A stretch of 64,000 nt of DNA from Octopus vulgaris (GCA_951406725.2 OX597816.1:157976001-158040000); one strand, 5' to 3'; counted from the first letter of the stretch, positions 38,837 to 52,244 are shown. Numbers and translations: made by a program. Notes: generated from the sequence alone by a model not told the origin.

Positions 38837-39165
38837 GGCATGGCTGTGTGGTAAGAAGTCTGCTGCCCACCCACATGGTTCCAGGTTCAGTCCCACTGCA
38901 TGGCACCGAGGGCAAGTGTCTTCAACTGTAGCCTCAGGCCAGCCAAAGCCTTGTGAATGGATTTAGTAGACAGAAACTGGAAGAAGCCCATTGTATATAT
39001 GTGTGTGTGTGTGTGTGTCTTTGAGTCTGCATTTGCTCTCCACAACTGCTTGACAACTGGTGTTGGTATGTTTACATCCCCGTAATCGAGTAGTTCAGCA
39101 AAAGAGATGACAGAATAAGTAACAGGCTCAGAAAGAAAAACATACTGGGGTTGATTTATTGACCT
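38837..39165 (+). mobile_element. SINE family A, 3'-truncated
   Basis: Head and (TG)n core match family A. Confidence 0.8.
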
Positions 39166-39663
39166 TGAAATGCGAAAAGGTGAGAATAAGGGTCACTACC
39201 GCTTCAGCTTGTAGTCCTGCGCCTGATTGACTCACTATGTTTTTGCCAGCGTTGGTTTGGGAAATTGGGTGATTTTCAGCATGCGTGTACATGGGTGGAA
39301 ATGAGCTGCTTGGCGGAGGTCTTGTTGTTTGTTCCTTCTCAAGCCATGCCTGGCTCATAAGGGCCGGTTTGCCGGTTTCCTTGCCGTATAGGTTCCCCAC
39401 CTGGACAGGACGCCAGTCCGTTGCAGGTGAGTTGCAAGATGCAGGAAGAAAGAGTGAGAGAAAGTTGTGGTGAAAGAGTCAGCAGAAGTTCGCCATTACT
39501 TTCTGCCGGAGCCATGTGGAGCCGAGGTGTTTCGCTCATAAACACACACATCGCCCTGTCTGAGATTCGAACCCATGGTCCCTCGACCACGAGTCCGCTG
39601 CTCTAACAACTAGGCCATGTGCCTCCATGGCAGAGGTCTGCACTCTCCGAGTGCTCTTCTAGT
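39165..39663 (+). mobile_element. Helentron/HINE 3' end interrupted by a SINE
   Basis: cttggcggaggtct[SINE]...gcactctccgagtgc hairpin then tctagtt. cttggcggaggt is the reverse complement of acctccgccaag at 16570. A similar 3' end lies at about 47800-47935. Confidence 0.7.
39323..39627 (-). mobile_element. SINE family C with 12-bp TSD
   Basis: TSD tggcggaggtct (39311-39322) / tggcagaggtct (39628-39639). tRNA-like head and (aaca)n tail. Confidence 0.9.
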
Positions 39664-40169
39664 TCCAAAATTTATTTATGTTTAACAACTGAGGATGCCC
39701 AAAAGACAGTGAGATGATGTGAGGGTGTTAACAGGAACAAAACCCAGATTTAAAACACTGGATGATGATGATGATGATGAACTGAATGAATTTAATAAAA
39801 GCATCTAAATATGAAACATCATGAAAATTGTTCAAACTGAAGTTCTTGAGTGACACTATTTTACCAAATGAATAAATAAAATTGAATATTAAGTATTTAT
39901 GGAATTTTGATTTACTGTCAGGTGACTTTTGGCCAACCCTGTATATTAGGTATTGTAAGCAGAAGATAAACTATGTTTGAAGAAATGGGGATGGTCATGG
40001 CAAGAATAATGGCTTTGATTACAAGTCTGCTCATTTAGGGAATGACCTAGGGCTAAACAGCAACAGCTGAAAAATAGCAAAATGGATGGATGGTAAGCCA
40101 CAGCGAGATTTGAATACGGAGCATATCATTCTAACAATTCAATGGTTTTTATTAAGTTATGATGCCATA

Positions 40170-40373
40170 ATAATAATGGTTTCAAATTTTGACACAAGAC
40201 CAGCAATTTCAGGGGATTAGATTGATCCCAGTGTTCACTGGTTCTTATTTTATCGACCCCAAAAGAAAGGTAAAGTCAACTTCAGCAGAATTTGAACTCA
40301 GAACATAAAGACAGACGAAATGCTGCAAAGCATTTCATCCAGCATGTTGATGATTCTGCCAGCTTGCTGTCTT
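40170..40373 (-). mobile_element. SINE family B
   Basis: Family motifs. Imperfect TSD ttatgatgccataataat / ttataatgccatagtaat. Confidence 0.8.
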
Positions 40374-41956
40374 ATAATGCCATAGTAATGACAAAATTAT
40401 TTGTATTAAAATCTCCTCAAATTTCTAATTAATTAAAAGCTAAGTTAAACATATATATATACTTTATAATTAGGGTTCAGCAAAGATTTGCTTTACCACA
40501 TACCGAAGTTTAGAAATAGCAGCCAAAAAACCTTAGCTATTTCTTCTACTTTAAAAAGGGACTCCCAGAAAAACCAAAATACTTGAAAACAATCCAGTCC
40601 TTTTTCATGCCGAATTCTACTTGGTGAAATTATTGATTACTTCTTAATTAATTAATTTTACCCTTTGTTATTTTATATATATATATATCGCATTTTGTTT
40701 AAAATATGATCATGAAAAATTTTAAGCAAAATAAGTAAAGAAACTCCAGACAGGTGTAGCTGTGTGGTTAAGAAGCTTGCTTTGCAACCATGTGGTTTCA
40801 AGATCAATCTTACAGAGTGGCATCTTTGGCAAGTATATTCGATTATAGCCCTAGGCTGACCAATGGTTTGGTGAGCAAATTTAGTAAATGGAAACAATGT
40901 GGAAGTCTGTTGTAGATTGAGAGTGGGTGAGTGTGTCTGTGTTAATTTTATCCACCACCACTGATGTTGGTTTAATTACATTCCCATAACTTAGCAATTC
41001 AACAAAAGAAACTGATAAAATAAGTACCAGACTTACAAATTCTGTATTTTAGAAGAGTCCAAGACCATCCTTATACAGCATCAGTGGTGGGGGAGGAGTG
41101 GTTAATGTACCACCACCCACCTTCAGTAAGCTACTTAAGTAGGTTTAAGTCATAGAAATAGCTGTTCAAATGAAGTATATGTCAGGTTTTTCATCCTTAG
41201 TGATCTCATGTTTCTCATGGAACAGGATGCAGTTATAAGGTTTAAGGACTTAAATCAGTGCAATCCTTATTTTTAAGAATGATAAGTAGTTTGTTGAGAG
41301 AGATTAGGATGCTGCATAGAAAATGTTCAATGGCAAATTAGAAGCTTTCCTCCTGACTTAACCTAATTTTCACTTCATCTGTGGAGCAAGTAAAAAATCT
41401 TGACTAAAGACACAAAGTAAAATCTGGAGATATTTAACCCATAAAGTGCTGGGATTTGAACTTACAAAGCATGGACTGCTGAGCACATTTTATAAAATGA
41501 GAGTACCAAGCGCACATAAAAAACACGAAAATAACTAAAATATCTTCTTAGTATATAATGGTGGCAAGTTTTACATCATCTGAAAAGTCATTAGTCGAAC
41601 TATTAGTCCTCTTGCATTCTGCAAGGTATTGGAGTGTCTGAGTGATGTTAGACCCCAACAAACGTCCATAAATTAAATGCATCTATCTAGGGCACGATCA
41701 TGGCCTGTCGACCTGTGTCTGATGGCCACAATCATGGCCTGTGACACTTTGTGTTAAGGTTAGTATCCTACTATCATCACTTCATCCATTTATGTTGCCA
41801 GATATTATAAGGGAATATGCTTACAGTCTTCAAGCTTAAATGCCGGCAGTAACTCATCAGTGACCCCCTTCAAAATCCATCTTTTCTTCATTATGACCTT
41901 AAACTAATAAATCACACCTAAGTTCCACTCACTGATTTACCAATTTAGGTCTAAAT

Positions 41957-42186
41957 CAGTGGTACTCAACTGGCATCCATATAAGACCTTTTTGCTCAAA
42001 TTTGTGCAATAAATCAGTTATATTTCTACAATACACAAAATACTTAAAAAAATTTTTTTATATAATTCCTAATAATATTTAATCATAAAAATAAGAGTTT
42101 TTAGACATCAAATGGTTATAAGGGTCCATCTGAGTAAAATAGGAATAAAACAGGATCCATAGGTAAAAAATGGTTGAAAACCACTG
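41957..42186. mobile_element. hAT-type MITE with 8-bp TSD
   Basis: TIRs cagtggtactcaac / gttgaaaaccactg. TSD gtctaaat at 41949-41956 and 42187-42194. Confidence 0.9.
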
Positions 42187-43469
42187 GTCTAAATGAAGAG
42201 GATCCTTTTAAGTGGCATGGCTGTGTAGAAATTGCTCAAGAAGGGACTGATAAAGATCAGTGCCTCTTCAAGAAGTAGTCCAACACTAGCCATCTCACTA
42301 ATACTAAACATAACCACAGCTGGTTAAGTGAAAAAAAAAAGGGCATCTACATAGTTATTTCACCTGCAAGAAATTACAGCCAAATCTATCTTATATTAGG
42401 CATAATTTTCTTAAGGAAAAAACAAAAAGAGAGGGATATACAAGATAAGCCTTGCTTGAAAGATTATGATGTCATAAATAGAACAGCTTTGCTTGCAAGT
42501 TTAGTCATCCTGGGGCTAAAATAACAAAATATAGCTAGAAAATGGCACTGACAATTTTTTCTACTCAATTAGAATAAAAGCTATTTTTTCTTTAATTCTC
42601 TATGGTTTAACCTAAAGTTGGATATATAAATTCAGAAGAACCACAAGAATACAACTAAATATTTTTATGGAAATAATGTTATCATGAAATTAGTAAAAGG
42701 TGTGTGTGTATGTGTGTGTGTGTGTGTGCAAAATCATCATTTTTTTATAGCCTCTTATGTCAACAAGGAAAATCTTTGATAAAATATGTTAAATTTGAGA
42801 AATACACAAACAAGTACAAACATACTCATGTTTTGATCAACTTTATACTTTTTAGATATATCAGTGTGAGAAAAAGAAGTCAGATGTTGGTTTCCAAAAT
42901 ACCAGAGAATTGAATTCAATCTTAGAAGCTGGGCAGATAAATTTGTGCCTAGACTGATGAAGTGAAATTCTTAGTTTTCAACCAGAGTTGAAGACCAACT
43001 GTTCCTTGGTTCTAATCTCACAATCAACCATTGCCCTTGTAAGTGGGGCAGTTAATAACATTTATTAACATAAGGTGGGGGTTCTAGACTAATGGAGATA
43101 TTTAGCATATTGATTATAAGCAACACAGCAGTTGGCATATCTGATGTTCATAGCCTCAAGATCAAATCTTGCCATAGGCATTGCTGGGGGACAAATATAT
43201 GCAAAGGACTAATAATTAAAAAAAAACAATCACTTTTTAAGCCTGATTAGTTTTTATGCTCATTATGAAACAAATTTAAGGATTCTTTATTCAGAGCAAC
43301 ACAACTAGATTTTTTTTCCTTCTTCGTCCTTCTAAAGCTAATCATTTCAGATCTCTGTGTGGTTAAGAAACACCATGAATATGAATGAATATATATATAT
43401 ATATTAGGTAGGAAGTAATGGGCTGGATGAAGAATTTGGAGTTTAAGTTCAAATTCATTTGAATACTAC

Positions 43470-43680
43470 TTTTTTATTCTTTTATTTGTTTATCATTTGA
43501 CTGTGGCCATGCTGGAGCATCGCCTTTAGTCGAGCAAATCGACCCCAGCATTTATTTTTCTTTGTCAGTCCACTACTTATTCTATTGGTCTCTTTTGCCG
43601 AACCGCTAATTTACAGGGACGTAAACACACCAACATCGGTTGTGAAGCAATGGTGGGGGGACAAACACAGACACACAATC

Positions 43681-43721
<41 letters not shown>

Positions 43722-43875
43722 ACAGGCTTCTTTCAGTTTTCATCTACCAAATCCACTCACACGGCTTTGGTCGGCCTGAGACTATAGTAGAAGACACTTG
43801 CCCAAGGTGCTTTGCAGTGGGACTGAACCTGGAACTATGTGGTTGGCAAGCAAGCTACTTACAACACATCCACCC
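43470..43875 (-). mobile_element. SINE family A
   Basis: End-to-end match to family A. Followed by a compound (TA)(GA)(CA) microsatellite to about 43990. Confidence 0.85.
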
Positions 43876-43889
43876 CTAAAAGTTTTCTT

Positions 43890-43959
<70 letters not shown>

Positions 43960-44940
43960 CACACACACACACATATACATATACACACACTCACAGAATT
44001 TTATAATGAATATTACAACTTTCCAGTACCAAAGCATTGATTTTGTACACATCAATAAATTGAATATGGCTGATAATCCTCAATAAGATCTTAAAATCAG
44101 ACAAAAGTACGTTTTCAGTAAGAAACTATTGTAGTTGTTTGGACTCAGGATAGCCCTCACAGAGCAAATCAATGATCTAGGATATTCCAATCCAGCCTTG
44201 ACCAACCCACTTTTAGGATAGTAGTACATGACATGCAAAAGATTTGGTTGCTATTTCTAACACTTGAATAATCACATTAGTTTGACTCTTTTGTTTGTCC
44301 ATAAGATGTTTGACACAGGAAACATTCTAATCACAGAAAACAAGCCAAGAAGGGAGTTTCTACATAGTGACTCAACCTGCTAGAAATAACAGCTAAGTCT
44401 ACCTCAGATCAAACTCACCCACTTTAAAAAAGAAGATATATATAACAGGATGCTCACAAAGGAAGGGTCTGCTTGATCAAGAATGAAACATCATATGATT
44501 GCCTATTAATATACAGAACTGAAATAACAACATAAAATATTTTCTACCCAGTCAATGACTCGATATTGAAGTCTTTCAAAATCAACAACAAGCATGTAAA
44601 ATCTGATAAATTTTGTATCTAAAAATAGAATTCTGCAAACTTGACAACAATAAAATAAACATGAAAAACATTGATAAAATTTCAGGAGCTTTTTGCAGTT
44701 AATGGTAAGGACCGTCAAAATCTTCATGTTTTGTTTATCACATGGAAGCACATTTAGCTGATAACATTAGTCTGCCATGTATCGTTCTATCTAGTCAGAC
44801 ATAACTCTAAAATAAAGTGAAGATAAGGCATTTCTCAGAAAACAGCTTTTTAAAAAGCAGCTTAAAATTGTGGTAAGCAACATGTATTTTCCGAATATCA
44901 TATCCTACTGAATGGGTGTTGAATACTGTAGTCTCTGCAG

Positions 44941-44953
44941 GTTGCCTAGCAAC
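44941..44953. promoter_or_regulatory. RFX X-box consensus GTTGCCTAGCAAC
   Basis: Exact match to the classical RFX binding site, in apparently non-repetitive sequence. Function untested. Confidence 0.4.
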
Positions 44954-45306
44954 TACAGAGTGATGCAAAGGTTTAAATCCATCAATAAACCGATTCTCTG
45001 ATTCCAAGATACAAGAATGCTTTGATAGAGATTTATTACAAATGCAAGTGCTGTTGTATCTTCTGAGATGAAAACACGAAGTAAAAAATTTATAATAGGA
45101 TTGAAACGCATACACATATGTACTCTCTCACACACACACACACACAACTGTTAAATATTTATGAGGATTTTAGAATTGCTATCCAAATAAAATGTGGAAT
45201 TTGGTCAAGCCTGAAAAAACTTTTGTGTGAGAAATATGTAAAAATGTTAAATCCCATAAAAGAAAAATACAATAAAAACTCAAATCTGCAAATGAATAGC
45301 ACTTAC

Positions 45307-45324
45307 CTGCAAATCCTGCAGATT
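45307..45324 (-). other. Consensus splice donor ending a candidate 18-nt microexon or a longer UTR exon
   Basis: ttagttttag|AATCTGCAGGATTTGCAG|GTAAGT on the minus strand. Confidence 0.3.
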
Positions 45325-46145
45325 CTAAAACTAATGTTCTATTAAGTTACACTAGGGTCACTAAGCCAGCTAACTTTATAATGGCAATTATGATGACATT
45401 TGATCTGAGAAAGAAGCCATACAGAGATATTAAGCCACTTCAACCAGAGAGATGCGGGGGTCGGGGGAATGACTAACATGATAGCTGATGCTGCTGCTAC
45501 TACTACTACAACTACCACCACTACCATCATCAACAACAATGACACCACCACAAGAAACAGGATCTGGGTTTCCAGAGAGTTGCATCTGCCTTTACAAATC
45601 CAACATCAATCACTTCCTACTCTTCTGGAAATACTCTCCATTTTGACAGCTGTGTTGAAACCAGATGTGAATGAATACCTACTTCGCAGGACTATCGATA
45701 ATGACAATGATTAACTGGTATCAATGATTATAATTATATTGACGAGAAGGATAATGGTGATTATAATGAAGATGATTATAATGATAACTGGCAGTACCTT
45801 TGAAAATTCCATGGTTATTTTGAAAATTTTAAGATGGAATTGTATATTTTTCTGAATTATTTAATTCTTGAGAAGGTGTAAAAGTCCACATTGGTAATAT
45901 TGAAAGTGCAATCTCAAGAGACAATGTCTCTGCAAGATATATTCTTGTGTCTTCTACTTTGTGAGTTATCGATTATTTTTCTCTTTACATCAAGAAGTAA
46001 AAAGAGTTGGTTGTTATAGCATCTTCCATGTCTGTGTTCCCTTCAGTAACATCCTCCCTTTCTCTCTCTCTCTGTCTCTCCTTTCAACTTTACACCCCAC
46101 CTACACTAAATACATTCCTTTGGCAAACTTTTTAAACCCATAATA

Positions 46146-46546
46146 TACTTTTCTACTCTAGGCACAAGGCCCGATATTTTGGGGGGAGAGGGCCAGTTCA
46201 TTAGATCAACCCCAGTACACAACTGGTACTTAATTTATTGACCCCGAAAGGATGAAAGGCAAAGTTGACCTCGGCAGAATTTGAACTCAGAACATCAAGA
46301 TGGGCGAAATACCTGTTCCTTTACTACCCACATGGAGCTAAACACAGAGAGGGCAAACAAGGACAGACAAACGGATTAAGTCGATTATATCAACCCCAGT
46401 GCGTAACTGGTACTTATTTAATCGACCCCGAAAGGATGAAAGGCAAAGTCGACCTTGGCGGAATTTGAACTCAGAACATAGCGGCAGACAAAATACCGCT
46501 AAGCATTTTGCCCAGCATGCTAGTGTTTCTGCCAGCTCACCACCTT
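46146..46546 (-). mobile_element. Tandem dimer of family B SINEs with two different 3' tails
   Basis: Two central domains. One has the ...gggccttgtgcctagagtagaaaag tail, the other the ...gtccttgtttgccctctctgtgtttagc tail. Confidence 0.85.
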
Positions 46547-46597
46547 ATTTAACACCATAAAATAGTAGCAATCCATTCCATCTACCTCTCACCATTA

Positions 46598-46628
<31 letters not shown>

Positions 46629-46962
46629 CTCTCTCTTCGCCTCACCCTTCAACTAATCAATCACATGGCAGTAACACATATTTGGCTTTAAAGCATTAAT
46701 ATATAGATTATAATGATGATGAAGCTTCCACAAGTTATCAAGTAATTTATTTGTATTATATTTCTTTATTTCATCTTTTTCTTATAAAGGAAGAGATTCT
46801 GTTAAGCACCAGTCCTAGCTGAATAAGTCTCATTGTAGATTTCTCTAGATAAAGTCTGAAGCTAAATATACTTTTCCACTAATTTTGTCAGACCAAACAC
46901 ACACAAGAAAACTATAAGAAAACACACACTTTTAAATATATATATATATATATATATATAAC

Positions 46963-47264
46963 GTCACCCTTTTCAAGCCTAGCCAGGCTTATGGACCCGT
47001 TCTTCCGGTTTCTGTGGCGTATGTGTTCCCCCTAGCTGGTTGGGACACCAGTCCATCACAGCATTACTCAAGAAACAGGAAGAGAGAGTGTGAGAGAAAG
47101 TTGTGGCGAAAGAGTACAACAGGGGTCACCACCACCCTGTGCTGGAGCCTCGTGGAGCTTTATTAGGTGTTTTCACTCCATAAACACATACGTCAGTCTG
47201 GGAATCGAAACCTCGATCCTCCGACCGCAAGTCCACTGCCCTAACCACTGGGCCATTGCGCCTC

Positions 47265-47267
<3 letters not shown>
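46963..47267 (-). mobile_element. SINE family C embedded in (TA)n
   Basis: Head gtggaggcgcaatggcccagtggttagggcagtggacttgcggtcggagg in reverse complement. Confidence 0.85.
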
Positions 47268-47311
<44 letters not shown>

Positions 47312-49809
47312 TATAAAAGGTCTTATGGTTATTTAGTTTTCCTATTTGCAGTGTGAATTCTCATCACACTATATTTTCCTTCCCACAGGTTTCTTGCTGG
47401 ACAGTACAACTGTTGTCTAGTCAGTCCCTTCAAATTTTGTATATTTTGAGAAACCTGCATGCAATCGGTCAGGTCATTATAGAGCTTGTTCATCTTTGTG
47501 TTTGATCAGCTTATCATCAATCTTGTGAATATGGTCAGTTCATCTTCATCATATGGCTAACTCATTAAATATAACTAGGAAGATCACCATGGAAATACTA
47601 TACCAATCAAGAACTGAGAAACAACACATTTAAATTATTTCCCAAGCCCTAACTTGACAGTCAAATTACATTATCTCAGCGAGTCTTTTCTGAACAGCTT
47701 TACCAAATATATACACCCAATCTTATTTTACAGAAGCTGTTAAGTAGCAAAGGTTTACATCCCTTGACATTGAGAATGGTTGGGTTCATTTTTAGTATTC
47801 CCATTTGTGAGAGCAGTCGAGTTTTTTCTTTTTTTTTTCAGATATTCTCATTTTAAAAGTTATCTCTAGCTAATCATTGAGAGGACATTGGTGTTGCCTT
47901 GGCAAAGGTTTGCGCTCTCTGGGTCCTCTTGTTATTATTATTTTCTAGGTGATGGGGTATGTGCTGGAAAAGGTTTGCAACTTCTCCAAGACCAGTGAGA
48001 TCACTGATGGAATAGTTTGAACAGTTGCAAGTTGATAGCTGTAGACAAAAAGACAGAAATGATGGTTAATGGTTATGATTCATGGTGGGGGAATGACAAT
48101 GCAGAGCTTCACAGAGAGAGATGATAGGTAAAATGAAGAAAATGTTCTTTATGAAGGTAGTGAAGATGATGGGGATGATGAGTAAATAGTGGCTAACAGT
48201 TGATTAAAGACTGACAATGATGATTGTGATAATTATGGGAGAAAATGATGGTGAAGACAATAAAAAACAAAGGTGATCAAAGAAGAAAATTCCAATAACA
48301 AGGAAGATAATGATGAGGACAAAGACAGTGAGAGTATAAATGTGGTAATAATGAACAAAAAAAAAAGATGCTAAGATGAAGATAATATCAATAAAGATTA
48401 TGCCCAAAGTCAAGCTGGAGAGAACTGATATGTGATTAAAAAAACCATTCCCACCATGACCATCCCATTAGGATTACAATATCTAATGGGCAACTTTAAG
48501 ACAATACGCTGAAATTTCAAGGAGATTTTATTGCTATTTCTAGCAAGCTGAGTGGCAAAGTAGAGGCTCAGTCGATTGCATGATAAGGACAATGGTCATG
48601 GCAGTAATCATGAAGATAATTAATGAAGAAACTTATGATAAGGAGGAGGAGAGTATACACAATAACAAGGACATTCTACTAAAGAATTCCCACATCATGA
48701 AATGATTTTCAAGACAGACAGACATCTTTGAAGAGGGATTCGTATGCCATAAACACTCAACGATCATTAAGGTTTTGAAAAGTAAGATTATACAGAAACC
48801 ATGGAAACTGTTACATTATGGAGAAATAACAGCCACAATAACAATACTGGTGGAGGTGATGATGGTGGTGGTGGTGGCATCGGTGGCGGTGGTGGTGGTG
48901 GTGGTGGTGGTGGCAACAATAACATGGTTGATGTAACAATCTCATTACTAACCAAAGTGTCCACCAGCTGAGCTGACCTCATTAACCACATTAGTAATTG
49001 GTGTCATTGTAGTGAATGGCTGTTTGTAAATAAAGCATCATCATCGCCCTCATCATCGTACACCACAACAACAGCATGTGCTGCTGGCTGGCTGGTTGAG
49101 AGGCTGTCAGCTTCCTGACACTAAAACCACCACCACCAGCACTGCCACCAAAACCCCCATTATCACCACCACTACCACTCTATAAAGAACCAATAGACAG
49201 AATCAATAATCAAACAAACAGACTGGAACAAACACCACTAACACAAACAACAACACAAATGCTACCATCACAACCAGTGGGGGGTGCATTTATGTGGTCA
49301 TTAAACTGGCTAGAAATAGCAGTTAATCTTTAGCAAATCCCACACTACCGTTTTAGAAAGAAAAAAAGTTGGATAATGTGATTTGGGATGCTTTTAATCA
49401 TAGGTCAGCATGATCACGTCTGATTTGGTGGTCAACATCAACAACCATCCAAACTGCAGGACACCAATATTATCTTCCATCCAATCCCCTGCTCGGTGTT
49501 TACAGAGGAAAGTAAACACATAACCATTAGAGAATTGCAATAATTAAATTCCTTAGCAAGCAGAAATACACATACAAACATAAATACACACATTCATAAA
49601 AGCCTAAATGCATAATAAATACAAAATACACACATGGGTGCAGGCTTGACTGTGTGGTTAAGAAGCTTGGTTCTCAACCATGTGACCATGGGTTCAGTTC
49701 CAATGCACAGCACTTTATGTGTTTTCTTGTATAGCCCTAGGTCGACTAAATCCTTGGAGAAGATTTGTTAGATGGAAATTTAAAGTAACTTCCCGCGCAC
49801 GCGTGCGTG

Positions 49810-49851
<42 letters not shown>

Positions 49852-50173
49852 GCATTTATCCTCATCATCACTTGACAACCTGTGATTTAGTGGTTCGGTA
49901 AAAGAGACTGATAGAAGAAGCACCCAGCCTAAATAAAATAAATTTTATTTGACTAAACCTTTCAAAGCAGTACCCCAGCATGGCTGTAGTCCAATGCCTG
50001 AAACAAGTAAAACATACACACACAAACAAGGTTTTAAATCTATTTATAGAAAGTTTGTGGCCACTAAATTCCAATGAAGGAAGCCTTGTTTCCTGGCTTT
50101 TAGATAGTATCATCACCATTGTTTTACTGGATATATTCAAACAAACATAACGACACAGTATATGCATACATAT

Positions 50174-50212
<39 letters not shown>

Positions 50213-51868
50213 AACACGTGTGTGTGTGTGTATGTGTTTATCCAGCACTTAAACAACCAGTGTTGTTTACATCTCTGTAACTTAGCGGTTTGGAAATGGG
50301 AAATCAACACAATAAGTACCTGATTTAGAAGGAGTGCTGTGGTTGATTTGATAAAGTGGGCTGCAACCCAACAACTGAAAAAGAAATACACACATGCGCG
50401 TGCAGACACGCACACACATGTGTGCACATGCTCACACACACACACATGTGCGCATGTTCACACAAGCACATAAATCTTCCTTGCTAAGTACTAAGTCCAT
50501 GTGACCTCACAGTCTCACATCAGCAAAGAACTGGGTTGGGTTTGTGTACAGTTTGAACCTAAACGTTATGGTTTTATTTGGGGAATGAAACAGCCACGGT
50601 ACATTAGGTATGCAGAACTTGGTCCAAGTCCAAAACACTCTAACGAACAGAAAAAAGAAAAACGTAACAAGATCCGATTCACACACTGACTAATAATCCT
50701 GCTCTAAATAACATACCACATAGTGATAGATGATATGATAATAACAAAAACAAAACTGAAAACAAAAACACATTGCCAAAAGCAATGTAGGGACAGAGAA
50801 CGCGGTATCACTAAAACTTAATACTAAACTACAACAGTCATAGTATGTTATGGTCAGCGGCCATTCATCTGAAAATACTATTCTGACTGAATAAACAGAA
50901 TCTCTTCAATAACTTATAAATGATTTGGGAAGTAAAGCCACAACAGGCACAAACACAGTATTCTTGAAAGACAGGCCATGGAATACAAATATAAGTGCTT
51001 TCCCAATTTAAGCTGAATGTAGTCGATAAAATAGCAGGAATATCCAATGAAAAGAGTATAAAAACAACATCTGAGACTAAATTTTAGTGTCAATAATCTC
51101 ATTGTTTGTTAACTCATGGCAAAGAGTATACAAATATCTTCAGACAGAATGAGCCCAAAACAAGAAAAATAAAGTTCTGTTTCTACCAAGAAATATTTTA
51201 TAGATTTTTTTGTAACTATGAAATATAACACAATCAGAGAATATTGTAGTTTCAAGAGTGTAGTGTCTTTACATTTTTATCTTTTACTTGCTTCAATCAC
51301 TGGACAGTGGCTATGCTGGAGCACCACACTGAAGGGTTGAGTTGACACCAGTACTTTTTTTTTTATAAGGCTGGTACTTATTTTATTGGTTACAGGAATG
51401 TAAACAAACCAACACTGGTTCTCAAGTGGTGGTCACACACACACACAAACATATATATATACATATACGATGGGCTTCTTTCAGTTTCTATCTACTCAAA
51501 AAGCTTTGATCAGTCTGAAGCAACAGTAGAAGACACTGCCCAAGGTTTCATGCAGTGGGGAACCCAAAACCACACAGTGGGGAAGCAAGGTTCTTAACAA
51601 AACAGCTATACTTGAACCTATATTCACAACATTTTAAAACCAAATACAGAAAAGTTTTTAAATAGTTGTGAAAAGCAATTTGAGACATTAAATTGTGAAC
51701 TACTCAAGCTGAAATGAGAACTTAGAGCTACACCTGAAAGATGATAAATCAGTTTAACATAGCTTTTTGTTTTCACTCATTGCCTTCTGAATGTCATAGC
51801 CTCAATTTAACCCACTTGATATCAACTTGTCTGAAACCGTCATTGGCTTCATGATACAAATAACCTAT

Positions 51869-52178
51869 ACTCTTTACTCTTTTTTACTCTTTTAGTTGTT
51901 TCAGTAAAAACAGCCACTCCTACACCTATATTACAGTTTTATCATAAGTGTGTCCATGCATGTTGTAAGAGGTGACTAAAACAGTTGACAACAAAAAGGG
52001 GATCCTGCCTTTGACTGGTGCACCGCCTTTAGTCGAGCAAATCGAACCCGGGACTTATTCTTTGTAAGCCTAGTACTTATTCTATCGGTCTCTTTTGCCA
52101 AACCACTAAGTGACGGGGACATAAACACACCAGCATCGGTTGTCAAGCAATGCTAGGGGGTCAAACACAGACACACAA

Positions 52179-52244
<66 letters not shown>

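Noticed and set aside
47364-47500. Strong-looking + strand acceptor ttttccttcccacag|G
   Set aside because: No good donor or recognisable peptide follows, and such sites are expected by chance in 64 kb.
48788-48991. Polyproline ORF
   Set aside because: It is a (GGT)n microsatellite read on the minus strand.
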